NCBI GenBank assembly: GCA_018667355.1
Contig: JABIVC010000003.1
Location: 9,525-73,524, forward strand
Origin: Gammaproteobacteria bacterium
GTDB lineage: Bacteria > Pseudomonadota > Gammaproteobacteria > GCA-002705445 > GCA-002716945
Length of the DNA: 64,000 nucleotides
Direction: 5' to 3'
The notes beneath the pieces are model-generated. The model saw only the letters and a program-made list of their open reading frames with translations, was not told where the DNA came from and made no database searches. Shown here piece by piece: positions 33,873-49,779 of this stretch. Every line of letters starts with the position of its first letter. Position 1 is the first letter of the stretch. A program made the translations under genes and the position numbers.

Positions 33873-35707
33873 GTTTGCTTCAAATATCAGACCCTTCTAT
33901 AAAGAACGATGACTTGAAAAAATTTGTTGTTGGAATAGATCTTGGTACAACAAATTCTTTGATAGCGTCATATGATTCAGGTTTAATCATTTACGAAGAT
34001 AATAATTCTAGCCTTATACCTTCCGTAGTTACGATAAATAGTAAAGGAAATATATCTATTGGTGCAGACGCAATAAAGAATTCAGATGATGATAAATCAA
34101 TATGTCTTGAATCTATTAAAAGAATAATGGGTTTATCTTATACAGATATAGAAGAGCTATCCCTTAAAGGTGACCTGCCTTTAATAAAGTCAGATAATAA
34201 TCTACCTAGTGTAATTGTTAATAATGAAAAATATTCAGCTATTGATATTTCCTCTAAAATACTACTGTATCTAAAAAAGTTAGCTGAAGATAATGAAAAT
34301 AAACCTCTGGATGGTGCCGTTATTACAGTACCTGCATATTTTAACGACATCCAAAGACAAGCAACGAAAAATGCTGCAAAATTAGCAGGAATCAATGTTT
34401 TGCGATTATTAAACGAGCCTACAGCGGCTGCATTAGCTTATGGTCTCGAGTCAAATGAAACAGGTTCGTTTATTATATATGACTTTGGAGGAGGCACATT
34501 TGATGTTTCTGTACTCACCTTGGAAAAAGGTATTTTTAAAGTTTTATCTACAGATGGTAATACACATCTTGGGGGCGATGATATTGATTATGAAATATCG
34601 AATTGGTTGCTAAACAATCATTCTTTTTTAAAAGGTTATAAAACTGCTGACCTCAAGAAGTATTCTAGAATTCTAAAAGAGTCAATTATCGATAAAGAAT
34701 TTACCTCTATGGATATTGATGGTAATACTATTTCTTTATCACAAAATAATTTCTCTAAAATTATTGACCCCATATTAGACAAGACTTTTGATATTGTTGC
34801 AAATGCTTTAGACGCATCAGGTTTATCAAAACATGATATTAAAAATATAATATTGGTTGGAGGTTCAACGAGAATTCATTGCATCAAATATATCTTAGAA
34901 AAAAAATATTCATGTGATGTTCTAAATGATATTGACCCTGATAAAGTTGTTGCTCATGGAGCAGCTATACAGGCATCTGTATTATCTGGGAATAATAAAG
35001 AGAATATTCTCCTTTTAGATGTACTGCCTCTCTCATTAGGTGTAGAAACTTATGGTGGCCTTTCTGAGAAGGTAATACTTAGAAATACGCCAATTCCCAT
35101 TAAACTAAGGAAAACATTTACGACGTTTAAGGATGGCCAGTCAAAAATTTTGATTAATATTATTCAAGGTGAACGTGAACTTGTTAACGATTGTAATTCG
35201 CTTGGAGAGTTTATTTTAAAAGATATTCCGTCTATGGTAGCTGGTGGTCCTAGAATAGATGTAGATTTTCAAATTGATGCTGATGGAATTCTTTCAGTTT
35301 CTGCTACAGAGACTACAACTGGTAATTCATCGATGATTGAAGTTAAGCCATCATATGGGTTATCTGAATCAGATATTAGTAGCATGATAGAGGAATCTAA
35401 TCAGAGCGCGGAAGCTGACATGCAATTAAGACGCCTTAATGAATCAATCGTAGAAGGCAAGAGGGTTATATATGCACTAGAGCAAGCACTGAATAGTGAT
35501 GGAAAGGAACTCCTCTCTACTGACGAATACAATATAATAACCAGAGAGTTAATAGCTCTAAAATCAAGTATAAATGGTGATGATTCTGAACTCATTGAGG
35601 ACAAGATTGTGTGTGTAGAAAAGGCATCAGAGTTTTATGTAGAAAGAAGGATGAATAGTAGTATAAAGTCACTTATTGCAGGTAAAGGTATAGATGATAT
35701 ACTGTAA
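33869..35707 (+). CDS. hscA: Fe-S chaperone Hsp70
   Basis: [37 protein letters not shown]. Confidence 0.94.
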   Translation: MSLLQISDPSIKNDDLKKFVVGIDLGTTNSLIASYDSGLIIYEDNNSSLIPSVVTINSKGNISIGADAIKNSDDDKSICLESIKRIMGLSYTDIEELSLKGDLPLIKSDNNLPSVIVNNEKYSAIDISSKILLYLKKLAEDNENKPLDGAVITVPAYFNDIQRQATKNAAKLAGINVLRLLNEPTAAALAYGLESNETGSFIIYDFGGGTFDVSVLTLEKGIFKVLSTDGNTHLGGDDIDYEISNWLLNNHSFLKGYKTADLKKYSRILKESIIDKEFTSMDIDGNTISLSQNNFSKIIDPILDKTFDIVANALDASGLSKHDIKNIILVGGSTRIHCIKYILEKKYSCDVLNDIDPDKVVAHGAAIQASVLSGNNKENILLLDVLPLSLGVETYGGLSEKVILRNTPIPIKLRKTFTTFKDGQSKILINIIQGERELVNDCNSLGEFILKDIPSMVAGGPRIDVDFQIDADGILSVSATETTTGNSSMIEVKPSYGLSESDISSMIEESNQSAEADMQLRRLNESIVEGKRVIYALEQALNSDGKELLSTDEYNIITRELIALKSSINGDDSELIEDKIVCVEKASEFYVERRMNSSIKSLIAGKGIDDIL

Positions 35708-35713
35708 AACGAA

Positions 35714-36052
35714 ATGCCAAAGATAACTTTTTTACCTAATCAAGATGTTTGCCCAGATGGTGCTATAGTCGAAGCACCAAAAGGAACGAGCATCTGTAAA
35801 GCAGCACTTGATAATGGAATACCTCTTGAGCATGCATGTGAGTTATCATGTGCCTGTACAACCTGTCATATATATATTGTTAAAGGCATGGAGTCATTAG
35901 CTGATGCAACAGAAGATGAGGATGATTATCTAGATAAGGCTTGGGGTTTGCAACCAAACTCACGCCTAAGCTGTCAGGCGCTTGTCAGTGATACTGATAT
36001 AACAGTAGAGATTCCAAAATATACAATTAATCATGCATCAGAGAGGCATTAA
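35714..36052 (+). CDS. fdx: ISC 2Fe-2S ferredoxin
   Basis: [18 protein letters not shown]. Confidence 0.96.
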   Translation: MPKITFLPNQDVCPDGAIVEAPKGTSICKAALDNGIPLEHACELSCACTTCHIYIVKGMESLADATEDEDDYLDKAWGLQPNSRLSCQALVSDTDITVEIPKYTINHASERH

Positions 36053-36249
36053 TGAATATCAAATGGACAGATTCCCTGGATATTGCAATAGCCCTGGATG
36101 ACAAGTACCCAAATATCGATCCATTAACAATTAGATTTACAGATTTACATGCCTGGGTTTGCGAACTCGATGATTTTAATGATGATCCTGACAAATCAAA
36201 TGAAAAGATATTAGAAGCCATACAAATGGCTTGGATAGAGGAAAAATAA
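36052..36249 (+). CDS. iscX: Fe-S assembly protein IscX
   Basis: [26 protein letters not shown]. Confidence 0.96.
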   Translation: MNIKWTDSLDIAIALDDKYPNIDPLTIRFTDLHAWVCELDDFNDDPDKSNEKILEAIQMAWIEEK

Positions 36250-36654
36250 ATGACAAAAGAACAAACGTTATCTATGATAAAACCTGATGCAGTCCAGAGA
36301 AATCTTATTGGACCTATAATTTCACTAATAGAGGCAAGTAATCTAGTTATTAAGCAGATGAAAATGCTTCAGTTATCGATTGAACAAGCTGAGAATTTCT
36401 ATAGAATTCATAAAGATAGGGATTTTTACTCGAAACTGATTGAATATATGACCTCTGGTTGTGTTGTAGTCCTCGCATTAGAAGGTGATAATGCAATTAA
36501 AGTCTATAGAGATTTAATGGGTTCGACTAATCCTCTTGAGGCAAAAGAAGGAACTATACGTAGATTATATGGTACTAATATCACTCATAATTCTGTTCAT
36601 GGTTCTGATAGTCTAGAAAATGCTATTATAGAGATTGATTTCTTTTTTAAATAA
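36250..36654 (+). CDS. ndk: nucleoside-diphosphate kinase
   Basis: IKPDAV, GTIR, NSVHGSDS. Confidence 0.96.
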   Translation: MTKEQTLSMIKPDAVQRNLIGPIISLIEASNLVIKQMKMLQLSIEQAENFYRIHKDRDFYSKLIEYMTSGCVVVLALEGDNAIKVYRDLMGSTNPLEAKEGTIRRLYGTNITHNSVHGSDSLENAIIEIDFFFK

Positions 36655-36669
36655 CGAATATCTTGAATC

Positions 36670-37953
36670 ATGAAAAAAAATACAATTAAATCAATCAAGG
36701 GCTTTAAAGATATTTTGCCTGATGAGATTAAGTACTATAGATACTTTGAACTCATCTCTCAAAAAGTTTCTAAACAGTTTTCGATTGAAGAGTTAAGGAC
36801 TCCTATAATAGAGAAATCTGAGTTATTTAATAGATCTATTGGAGAAGGTACAGATATTGTTAATAAAGAGATGTATGATTTTATTGATAAAAGCGGTGAT
36901 TCTATTTGTTTAAGGCCCGAAGGTACTGCTTCTATTGTTAGATCAGTCATAGAGCATGCTCTAGTTTATGACCGTGGGTTAAAAAAACAGAAATATTGGT
37001 ATCATGGGCCAATGTTTAGACATGAAAAGCCTCAAAAGGGGAGATACAGACAATTTAGTCAATTCGGCGTTGAGTATTATGGTTTTTCTGACAGCAATAG
37101 TGAGCTTGAATTAATAATGATGGGAAACTCTTTGCTGCATAGTCTTAATATAGAGCAGGCAACACTACATATAAATTCTCTTGGCAATAAAGATGATAAA
37201 AAAAGTTATGAGAAGATAATCTTCAATCACCTTGGTAAATATAAAAGTAGTCTCGATGAATACCAAAAAGATACATTGGCTAAAAACCCCCTAAGACTTT
37301 TAGATAGTAAAAACGATAATATTAAAGAGTTATTATTAAATGTACCTACACTGTATGAAACATTATCAGATGCATCAAAATCTAGGTTTGATATATTATT
37401 GAAAAAACTAGATGATCTTGAAATCCATTATCTTTTAGATAATTCCATAGTTAGAGGATTAGATTACTATAATGATACAGTCTTTGAATGGAGACATCAG
37501 TCTCTTGGTAGTCAGAATGCAATCTGCGCAGGTGGTAGATATGATGAGTTAGTCAACTCAATAGGGGGTGATGATGTTCCAGCTGTTGGTTTTGCAATGG
37601 GAGTAGAAAGGATAATAGAAATATTGAAGCTCACCGATAACTTGAAAATTGAACCAAACATTGTTATCCCAATAATTAATACCTCGTCTGAAGAAAAATC
37701 TTATGCACATTTGATTTCTAAAAACTTGAGACAACACTTTGATAAAATTAATTTTTATAATACCGATTCTTCAGTTAGCTTAACATCGCAATTAAAACAT
37801 GCGATGAGAATCAATGATAAATTTATTATTATAATAACCGATGCTAATATCAAAAATAACAATTTAACTATTAAGAGCAATGAAGATAGGATGTCTGATA
37901 CAATCGTTAGCTGGAAGGAGTTAATTGCATATATGAGTAATAAATATGAGTAG
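36670..37953 (+). CDS. hisS: histidine--tRNA ligase
   Basis: LRPEGTA, FRHEKPQKGRYRQF, VRGLDYY, AGGRYD. Confidence 0.97.
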   Translation: MKKNTIKSIKGFKDILPDEIKYYRYFELISQKVSKQFSIEELRTPIIEKSELFNRSIGEGTDIVNKEMYDFIDKSGDSICLRPEGTASIVRSVIEHALVYDRGLKKQKYWYHGPMFRHEKPQKGRYRQFSQFGVEYYGFSDSNSELELIMMGNSLLHSLNIEQATLHINSLGNKDDKKSYEKIIFNHLGKYKSSLDEYQKDTLAKNPLRLLDSKNDNIKELLLNVPTLYETLSDASKSRFDILLKKLDDLEIHYLLDNSIVRGLDYYNDTVFEWRHQSLGSQNAICAGGRYDELVNSIGGDDVPAVGFAMGVERIIEILKLTDNLKIEPNIVIPIINTSSEEKSYAHLISKNLRQHFDKINFYNTDSSVSLTSQLKHAMRINDKFIIIITDANIKNNNLTIKSNEDRMSDTIVSWKELIAYMSNKYE

Positions 37954-38563
37954 TGAATATACAGAAGAAGAAGATAAGTTAATATCATGGTTCAAGGATA
38001 ATTATAAAAACATTATTATTGGTCTGATATTTGGGACTTCATTAGTTTTTGGTTTTAAATACTATGGAGATATAAATACAAATAAACAGTATGAAATGTC
38101 ACTTAGGTATCAAGAGGCTATAAAAGATTATCAAAATGACAAGTATGAAAAAGTATTGTCTTTATCAGAAGAATATCAACTAACAGAGCCATCTAATATA
38201 TATACTTCCATGATAAATTTATATGCCGCTAAAATATATCATGACAAGGAGATGTACAAGGAATCATTGGAATCTTTGACATTCATTGTAAATAACTCTA
38301 ATTCTAAAGAACTACATATGATTGCTAACACCAGATATGCGCGGATATTAATATTGCAAGAAAGGTATGATGAAGCAGAAAAATTTATTATATCGATACC
38401 AGGTTACAATGTTAATATCTTATTAGTTGAACTGCTTGGTGATATCAGCTACTCACAGTCTAATATCAATAAAGCAAGAGAGTACTACAAAGCATGTTTA
38501 GATCTTGAGACGACACCTAATAATAGGAAGATAATAGAGAATAAGCTTAATTCCATTCAATGA
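37946..38563 (+). CDS. yfgM: YfgM family TPR membrane protein
   Basis: EEE..L.SWFKDN, TM helix, ELLGDI; sits between hisS and bamB. Confidence 0.85.
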   Translation: MSSEYTEEEDKLISWFKDNYKNIIIGLIFGTSLVFGFKYYGDINTNKQYEMSLRYQEAIKDYQNDKYEKVLSLSEEYQLTEPSNIYTSMINLYAAKIYHDKEMYKESLESLTFIVNNSNSKELHMIANTRYARILILQERYDEAEKFIISIPGYNVNILLVELLGDISYSQSNINKAREYYKACLDLETTPNNRKIIENKLNSIQ

Positions 38564-39768
38564 TTATGAAAAAGTATATAATAATAACTATATCACTATT
38601 TTTATCAAGCTGCTCTATGTCAAACCCTTTGTCATATTTTGATTTAATCAATAGTCATAAAGAATTTCAAAATGTAAATGTAAAACTACTGTGGTCAATA
38701 GATATTGGTGAGGATAGAAATTATAAAACAGGAACTTTGCAGCCAGCCTTTTTAGATAATACTTCATATACTATTGATTCAGAAGGACTTGTTACCGCCA
38801 TTGATTTGTTATCTGGAAATATAAAATGGATTTATGACTTAGACTTGAACGTATCATCTGGATTATCGATTCATAAGGACATACTTTTTTTTGGTACAAG
38901 TGATGGAAAATATTATGGCTATAAAATAGATAGTCTATCATCTTCATATGGATTTCTTGATAGGTTGGATATAACTTCTTTGATTAGAGATTCTTCAGCT
39001 GATCCGGATGTTCTTGTTCAGCTTGTTAGCGAGGTTTCATCTCCAGGACTTGGAATAGATAATTTAATCTTTGTCAAGTTAGATGATGGTGATACTGTTG
39101 CAATAAATATTGATAATTCTAATATAGAATGGCAGTACAAAGGTAGAAATGTGCCTCTGAGCATGAAAGGGTCGGGTTCAATAGCAAAACTAAACAATAA
39201 TTTATTTATTGCAAGAGATGATGGAAACTTAATCTCTCTTAGAATGAAGACAGGTAAGTTAAATTGGCTAATGTCTATTTCTCCCAGATCTGGCCGAAAT
39301 GAATTGGAGTCACTACGTGATATAGAAATGACACCTTATGTTAAGGACGGTGTCCTTTTTGTAGGTTCCTTTCAAGGAAATCTTATCTCAGTAGATGCTC
39401 TTACTGGTAACTTGATATGGTCTATACCAATGTCTGTGCTATCAAATATTGATATTGATAATAATTATGTATACATTGCAGATAGTAATGGTTCTATATT
39501 TGCTTTAGATAGGTTCTCTGGTTTTACAAAGTGGAAATTAGATTTGGATGATAACTTGGTAGGAACTCAGTCTTTTTCATATAATAAATATATCATTAAT
39601 ATTTCAACAAAAGGACACGTGATGGTTATCAATAAATCTGATGGTCAACTTATGACTTCGCTTAGTCTTATCAATGATGTCGACAATCAGGTTAAGGGGT
39701 TATTATTAGATAAAACTCTTTATATACACAGTAAAGATGGTAGACTCAACGCAATTAAGATTGACTAA
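38560..39768 (+). CDS. bamB: outer membrane protein assembly lipoprotein BamB
   Basis: Lipobox LSSC; PQQ-like beta-propeller repeats; operon position. Confidence 0.85.
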   Translation: MIMKKYIIITISLFLSSCSMSNPLSYFDLINSHKEFQNVNVKLLWSIDIGEDRNYKTGTLQPAFLDNTSYTIDSEGLVTAIDLLSGNIKWIYDLDLNVSSGLSIHKDILFFGTSDGKYYGYKIDSLSSSYGFLDRLDITSLIRDSSADPDVLVQLVSEVSSPGLGIDNLIFVKLDDGDTVAINIDNSNIEWQYKGRNVPLSMKGSGSIAKLNNNLFIARDDGNLISLRMKTGKLNWLMSISPRSGRNELESLRDIEMTPYVKDGVLFVGSFQGNLISVDALTGNLIWSIPMSVLSNIDIDNNYVYIADSNGSIFALDRFSGFTKWKLDLDDNLVGTQSFSYNKYIINISTKGHVMVINKSDGQLMTSLSLINDVDNQVKGLLLDKTLYIHSKDGRLNAIKID

Positions 39769-39776
39769 TTGTACCT

Positions 39777-41087
39777 ATGAATGAAAGTATTGCCATTGTC
39801 GGCAGAACAAATGTAGGAAAATCACTACTATTTAATAAATTAACTAAAGCTAGAAAATCTTTGGTCATGAATCAGCATGGTGTTACCAGAGATATTAATT
39901 CTGGCTATCTAGAGATAGATGGTAAAACTATTTATATAGAAGATACAGGAGGTATTCCTGAAATTGCCGACGAATTTAGTCAATTGATTATTGATAAAGT
40001 ATTAAAGTCCATTTCTCAAGCAAAACTAATATTATTTGTTGTATCTGCAGCAGATGGGTTAACTAATCAAGACCGCGAGATATGTAGAATGTTACGAAAA
40101 CTTGATAGAAAAACTGTGCTGTTAGTAAATAAATGTGATTTAACTAGAAAATCACAGCCTATTAGCGAGTTTTATGAGTTAGGAATAAAAGAGGAATTTA
40201 TAATATCTGCTAAAAATAATATTGGTTTACTAGAATTAAAAGAAAAAATAGCAAGTATAGGATCTGACAAAACATTTGTAGAAAAAGATATTTTCAGAAG
40301 AATATCTATTATTGGAAAGCCTAATGCTGGTAAATCTACACTCATCAATACTCTATTGAATGAAGAGAGAATGATTATCTCTGATATAGCAGGCACAACA
40401 TTAGATGCTATTGAAATACCCTTCACTTTTAAAAATAATAATTTCTTATTATATGATACAGCTGGTATTACAAGAAAGTCTAAGACACTGACGACGATTC
40501 AGAAATTCAGTATTGGGTCTACTTTAGATACTATTAAAACAACTGATATTTGTGTATTTATGATTGATGCAGAAGAGGGTATAACAAAACAGGATAAGAT
40601 TATACTTAATATAATAAAAAAATTTAATAAAGCGTTCATAATTGTGCTTAATAAAATTGATACAAAATCAAGACAAGAGATTAAGGAGCTAAAGAGAGAA
40701 TTAGAGTATTTTTCTAACATTATAGATAATGCTTCTATAATACTAATATCTGCAATAAATAATCAAAATATTAAAAAGTTACTCTATACTATCAGTAATA
40801 TTTCTTACTCTATATATAAAAGATATAAATCATCTTTGCTAACCCAGATATTGAATGATGCATTAGAAGAGCATCAGCCTCCGATGATAAATAATCGTAG
40901 AATTAAACTCAAATTTGCACAACAAGCAAAATCTGATTCCCTATCAATTATAATCTTCGGTAATCAGACTGATAAATTACCGACTTCGTATGAGAAGTAC
41001 CTTAAAAACTTTTTTATTGAGAAATTGAAACTGGTTGGCGTGCCATTAAAAATTACTTTATCTAAACAAAAAAACCCATTCGAGTGA
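39777..41087 (+). CDS. der: ribosome biogenesis GTPase Der (EngA)
   Basis: Two G domains (GRTNVGKS/DTGG and GKPNAGKS/DTAG); C-terminal NPF. Confidence 0.96.
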   Translation: MNESIAIVGRTNVGKSLLFNKLTKARKSLVMNQHGVTRDINSGYLEIDGKTIYIEDTGGIPEIADEFSQLIIDKVLKSISQAKLILFVVSAADGLTNQDREICRMLRKLDRKTVLLVNKCDLTRKSQPISEFYELGIKEEFIISAKNNIGLLELKEKIASIGSDKTFVEKDIFRRISIIGKPNAGKSTLINTLLNEERMIISDIAGTTLDAIEIPFTFKNNNFLLYDTAGITRKSKTLTTIQKFSIGSTLDTIKTTDICVFMIDAEEGITKQDKIILNIIKKFNKAFIIVLNKIDTKSRQEIKELKRELEYFSNIIDNASIILISAINNQNIKKLLYTISNISYSIYKRYKSSLLTQILNDALEEHQPPMINNRRIKLKFAQQAKSDSLSIIIFGNQTDKLPTSYEKYLKNFFIEKLKLVGVPLKITLSKQKNPFE

Positions 41088-41096
41088 ATGGGTTTT
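41068..41096. terminator. probable bidirectional intrinsic terminator overlapping the der stop codon
   Basis: AAAACCCATTC-GAGT-GAATGGGTTTT 11-bp stem with A/T runs, between convergent genes. Confidence 0.75.
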
Positions 41097-41120
41097 CATA
41101 CTCTATAGTTAAATCCTTTA

Positions 41121-41393
41121 TTATTCAGCTGTTTTTGGGCTGATAATATTTTTAACCTCAGATATTTTGTTTGCTGGAAATCCGCCTGTAGAAGCATGTT
41201 GCTTTATAAGTTCTTCGTTTTCTGCATTATATACACAGTAAACTTTATCTCCTGTTACATAGCTATGGACCCATTCAATCCCAGTACCCATATCTTTCAA
41301 TATCCCACACGATTTTTGCGAAATACCTTGTAAGTCAGCTTGTTCTAAATCACCAGCTCCTGGGATTTCTCTTTCTATTACATATTGTGGCAT
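41121..41393 (-). CDS. DUF4242 (SCO4226-like) small putative metal-binding protein
   Basis: YVIEREIPGAG, WVHSYV..DKVYCVY, HA..GGFPANKI; strong AAGGAGG Shine-Dalgarno. Confidence 0.85.
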   Translation of the reverse strand: MPQYVIEREIPGAGDLEQADLQGISQKSCGILKDMGTGIEWVHSYVTGDKVYCVYNAENEELIKQHASTGGFPANKISEVKNIISPKTAE

Positions 41394-41436
41394 TATACCC
41401 CTCCTTTTTTATGATATATTCTATTCTGCTATGTAT

Positions 41437-42288
41437 TCATTCAACCTTCAAGGAGAAATAATCAATTATTTGGTTACTTAAAAAATACTCTGGATTTATA
41501 TATGTTTTATTAAGTAATAAAGACCAATGTAAGTGAGGGCCTGATGATTTACCTGTATTACCTATCTTACCAATGTTTTCCCCTTTACTCACAACCTGCC
41601 CTTTTTTAACGAGTATTTCGTCAAGATGTATGAATATACTTTTTAGTCCTTTTCCATGGTCTAGTAAAATAAATTTCCCATTATAGTAATAATTACCCGT
41701 TAGTATAATTTTCCCACCAGATGGAGCAATTATCAAAGTACCTTTTTTTGCACCAATATCTAAACCATTATGAGGATTTCCTTCTTCACCATTATAAAAT
41801 CTTTTTGTACCAAATCTTCCAGTAGTAATTCCATCAGCAGGAATGATAAAGCTTAGATCAGGAATATTATTATACCAATAATCTTTTGCTACCTTTAGAT
41901 TTCTTCTTTCAGTATCAATCCTATTTTTATTCTCAAGACTAGGTTTTATATATTTTTTATCAACAATTATATTCTGAACATCAAAAAATTTTGGCTTGAC
42001 TATAAAATGTAGATTGTATGAATTATCATCAATCATTATATTAATATTATTTTTTCCTAATTTCATCCCATATGGAATTCCATATAACAAATAAGATTTA
42101 TCTTTATAACTTATGGTTAATAATTGCTGATTATCTAAGAACGCATCAGGCGTAAGTTTATCATTACTAATCTTATGTATATACACACCCCCTTTAGTAT
42201 TTAATATCACATTGCTAGATGCATTCAATATTACGGAAGAGGGAATAAAGAAAATAAAAATAGCGAGAAATAAACTAAAAGGTTTCAT
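41437..42288 (-). CDS. M23 family peptidoglycan metallopeptidase
   Basis: Signal peptide; HNGLD (HxxxD); GPHLHW (HxH). Confidence 0.92.
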   Translation of the reverse strand: MKPFSLFLAIFIFFIPSSVILNASSNVILNTKGGVYIHKISNDKLTPDAFLDNQQLLTISYKDKSYLLYGIPYGMKLGKNNINIMIDDNSYNLHFIVKPKFFDVQNIIVDKKYIKPSLENKNRIDTERRNLKVAKDYWYNNIPDLSFIIPADGITTGRFGTKRFYNGEEGNPHNGLDIGAKKGTLIIAPSGGKIILTGNYYYNGKFILLDHGKGLKSIFIHLDEILVKKGQVVSKGENIGKIGNTGKSSGPHLHWSLLLNKTYINPEYFLSNQIIDYFSLKVE

Positions 42289-42291
42289 TGC

Positions 42292-42678
42292 TTAGATTAG
42301 GATATTATTTTTATCCTTCCAACCCTTTTTTATATTTTTAGTAGTAATTGTCGTTATTATACCACCCCTAACTTTCCAGTATCCAATTACTGATATATAT
42401 CTTGGCTTTATAAGCATTGATATATCTTTTAGAACATTATTTGTATTGTCTTCATGAAAAGCACCAACGTCTCTAAAAGAACCCATGTATAACTTAATAG
42501 ATTTTAATTCTACACATAACTTGTCTGGCACATAATTTATAACAAATTCAGCAAAGTCAGGCTGTCCTGTTAGAGGACAGAGGCATGTAAATTCAGGTAT
42601 TTCCATTGTTATGAGATAGTCTTCTTTTATATGAGGATTTTCAAATACATCCAAAAACTTATTTTTTGATTTCACCAT
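42292..42678 (-). CDS. queF: 7-cyano-7-deazaguanine reductase, short (unimodular) type
   Basis: PEFTCLCPLTGQPDFA, VELKSIKLY, FHE, RGGI. Confidence 0.94.
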   Translation of the reverse strand: MVKSKNKFLDVFENPHIKEDYLITMEIPEFTCLCPLTGQPDFAEFVINYVPDKLCVELKSIKLYMGSFRDVGAFHEDNTNNVLKDISMLIKPRYISVIGYWKVRGGIITTITTKNIKKGWKDKNNILI

Positions 42679-42740
42679 TGTTTTCTCCTGATAGTAGTAT
42701 TATACCTGAGATAATATTATAATCTATTAAAGGGATATCT

Positions 42741-48378
<5,638 letters not shown>

Positions 48379-48382
<4 letters not shown>

Positions 48383-49779
48383 AAGGTATCAGGGATTCCA
48401 TTGTCTATTTGTTTATTAATCGTATTATCTTGTGAGTCTAAGAATACAAGGATATCATAATATTGTCTAATATTTTGTACATACTTCAATGTTTCCCAAC
48501 CTCTAGCATATCCATATTTTGTTTTTTTATAATACTTAGATTGACTTAATTTTAAAATATATGGTTCTAATACTGTCCAGTCACCAGAATCAACATTATC
48601 TTCATTAGCCATTTGCATAGCATCTTCAATATGTTTAAAACCAATATTATATGACGCAATGGCAAACCATATTCTATCTTTATTATTTATTATTTCAGGA
48701 AGATTATTTAATAACTTTCTTAAATATTTTGCTCCGCCTTCTATACTCTGCACAGGATCTTCTCTATCTTTAATCTTAACTTCTTTAGCAGTATTTTTTG
48801 TTAACATCATTAGCCCTCTAACACCTGTATATGAAACAGCATCTTTATCCCACTTTGATTCCTGATATCCAATGCTTGCTAATAATCTCCAATCATGTTG
48901 ATATTTATCTGCATATTTTTTAAAATGAAATTCATATAAGGGGAATATATTTATTAAATCACTAAGAAAACTCCTTGTCCCTACAAACGTATATTGAAGC
49001 TTGTCAGTAAAGTGTTTCATATAAATATTTTTTAATTTATTATCTTTAAGTAACTCCGTAAAATATTCTGAAATCTTATTTTCAAATACATAACTAGTAT
49101 TCTCTGGTATAGCCCATGATGAATTGATATTTTCTCTGATTTTGAAAGCAATTTTAATTTGCGGATAATATTTATTATAGATTTGTAACTCATTATAACT
49201 GACAACTGTAAAATCAATTTCATTATCTTTTAATAAATTTATCATTTCATCAATGTTCTTATCTTTGGCGATAGTATAGTTAATATCTATATTTTTAGTG
49301 AATATATTAAAACTATCTTTAATAGAACTGGAGTCTATAATTTCAATTCTTGACTTTCTAAGATCACTTATTTGATTTGGTTTAATCATGTAATCAGAAT
49401 TATAGACAATATAATGACTTACTTTATTATATGAATAGGAGATCTTAACATCATTCACGACACCCATATTTGCAAGCATATCAACCTCTCTATTATTAAG
49501 TGCTATTTTTGCTTGCTGAAGATTATCCATTGTTATTACTTTTAATTTAACACCTATAAATTTTGCGAAATCACTTATCAAATCATATGTATATCCATTT
49601 TCTTCATTTTGAATTTCATAGTAATTTGTCGGCCCAAATCTTGTAACAACTCTTATTTCGCCATTTTTAATTATACGAGAAAAATCATTTTTATTAAAAG
49701 GATTATAATCTTTAACTAGGAATAGAAGACCACTAATAAATATTGAAATAAAAAATATCCTAGTTAAGAATTTGATCAT
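48379..49779 (-). CDS. mltF: membrane-bound lytic murein transglycosylase F
   Basis: SBP-like N-domain; [28 protein letters not shown]. Confidence 0.92.
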
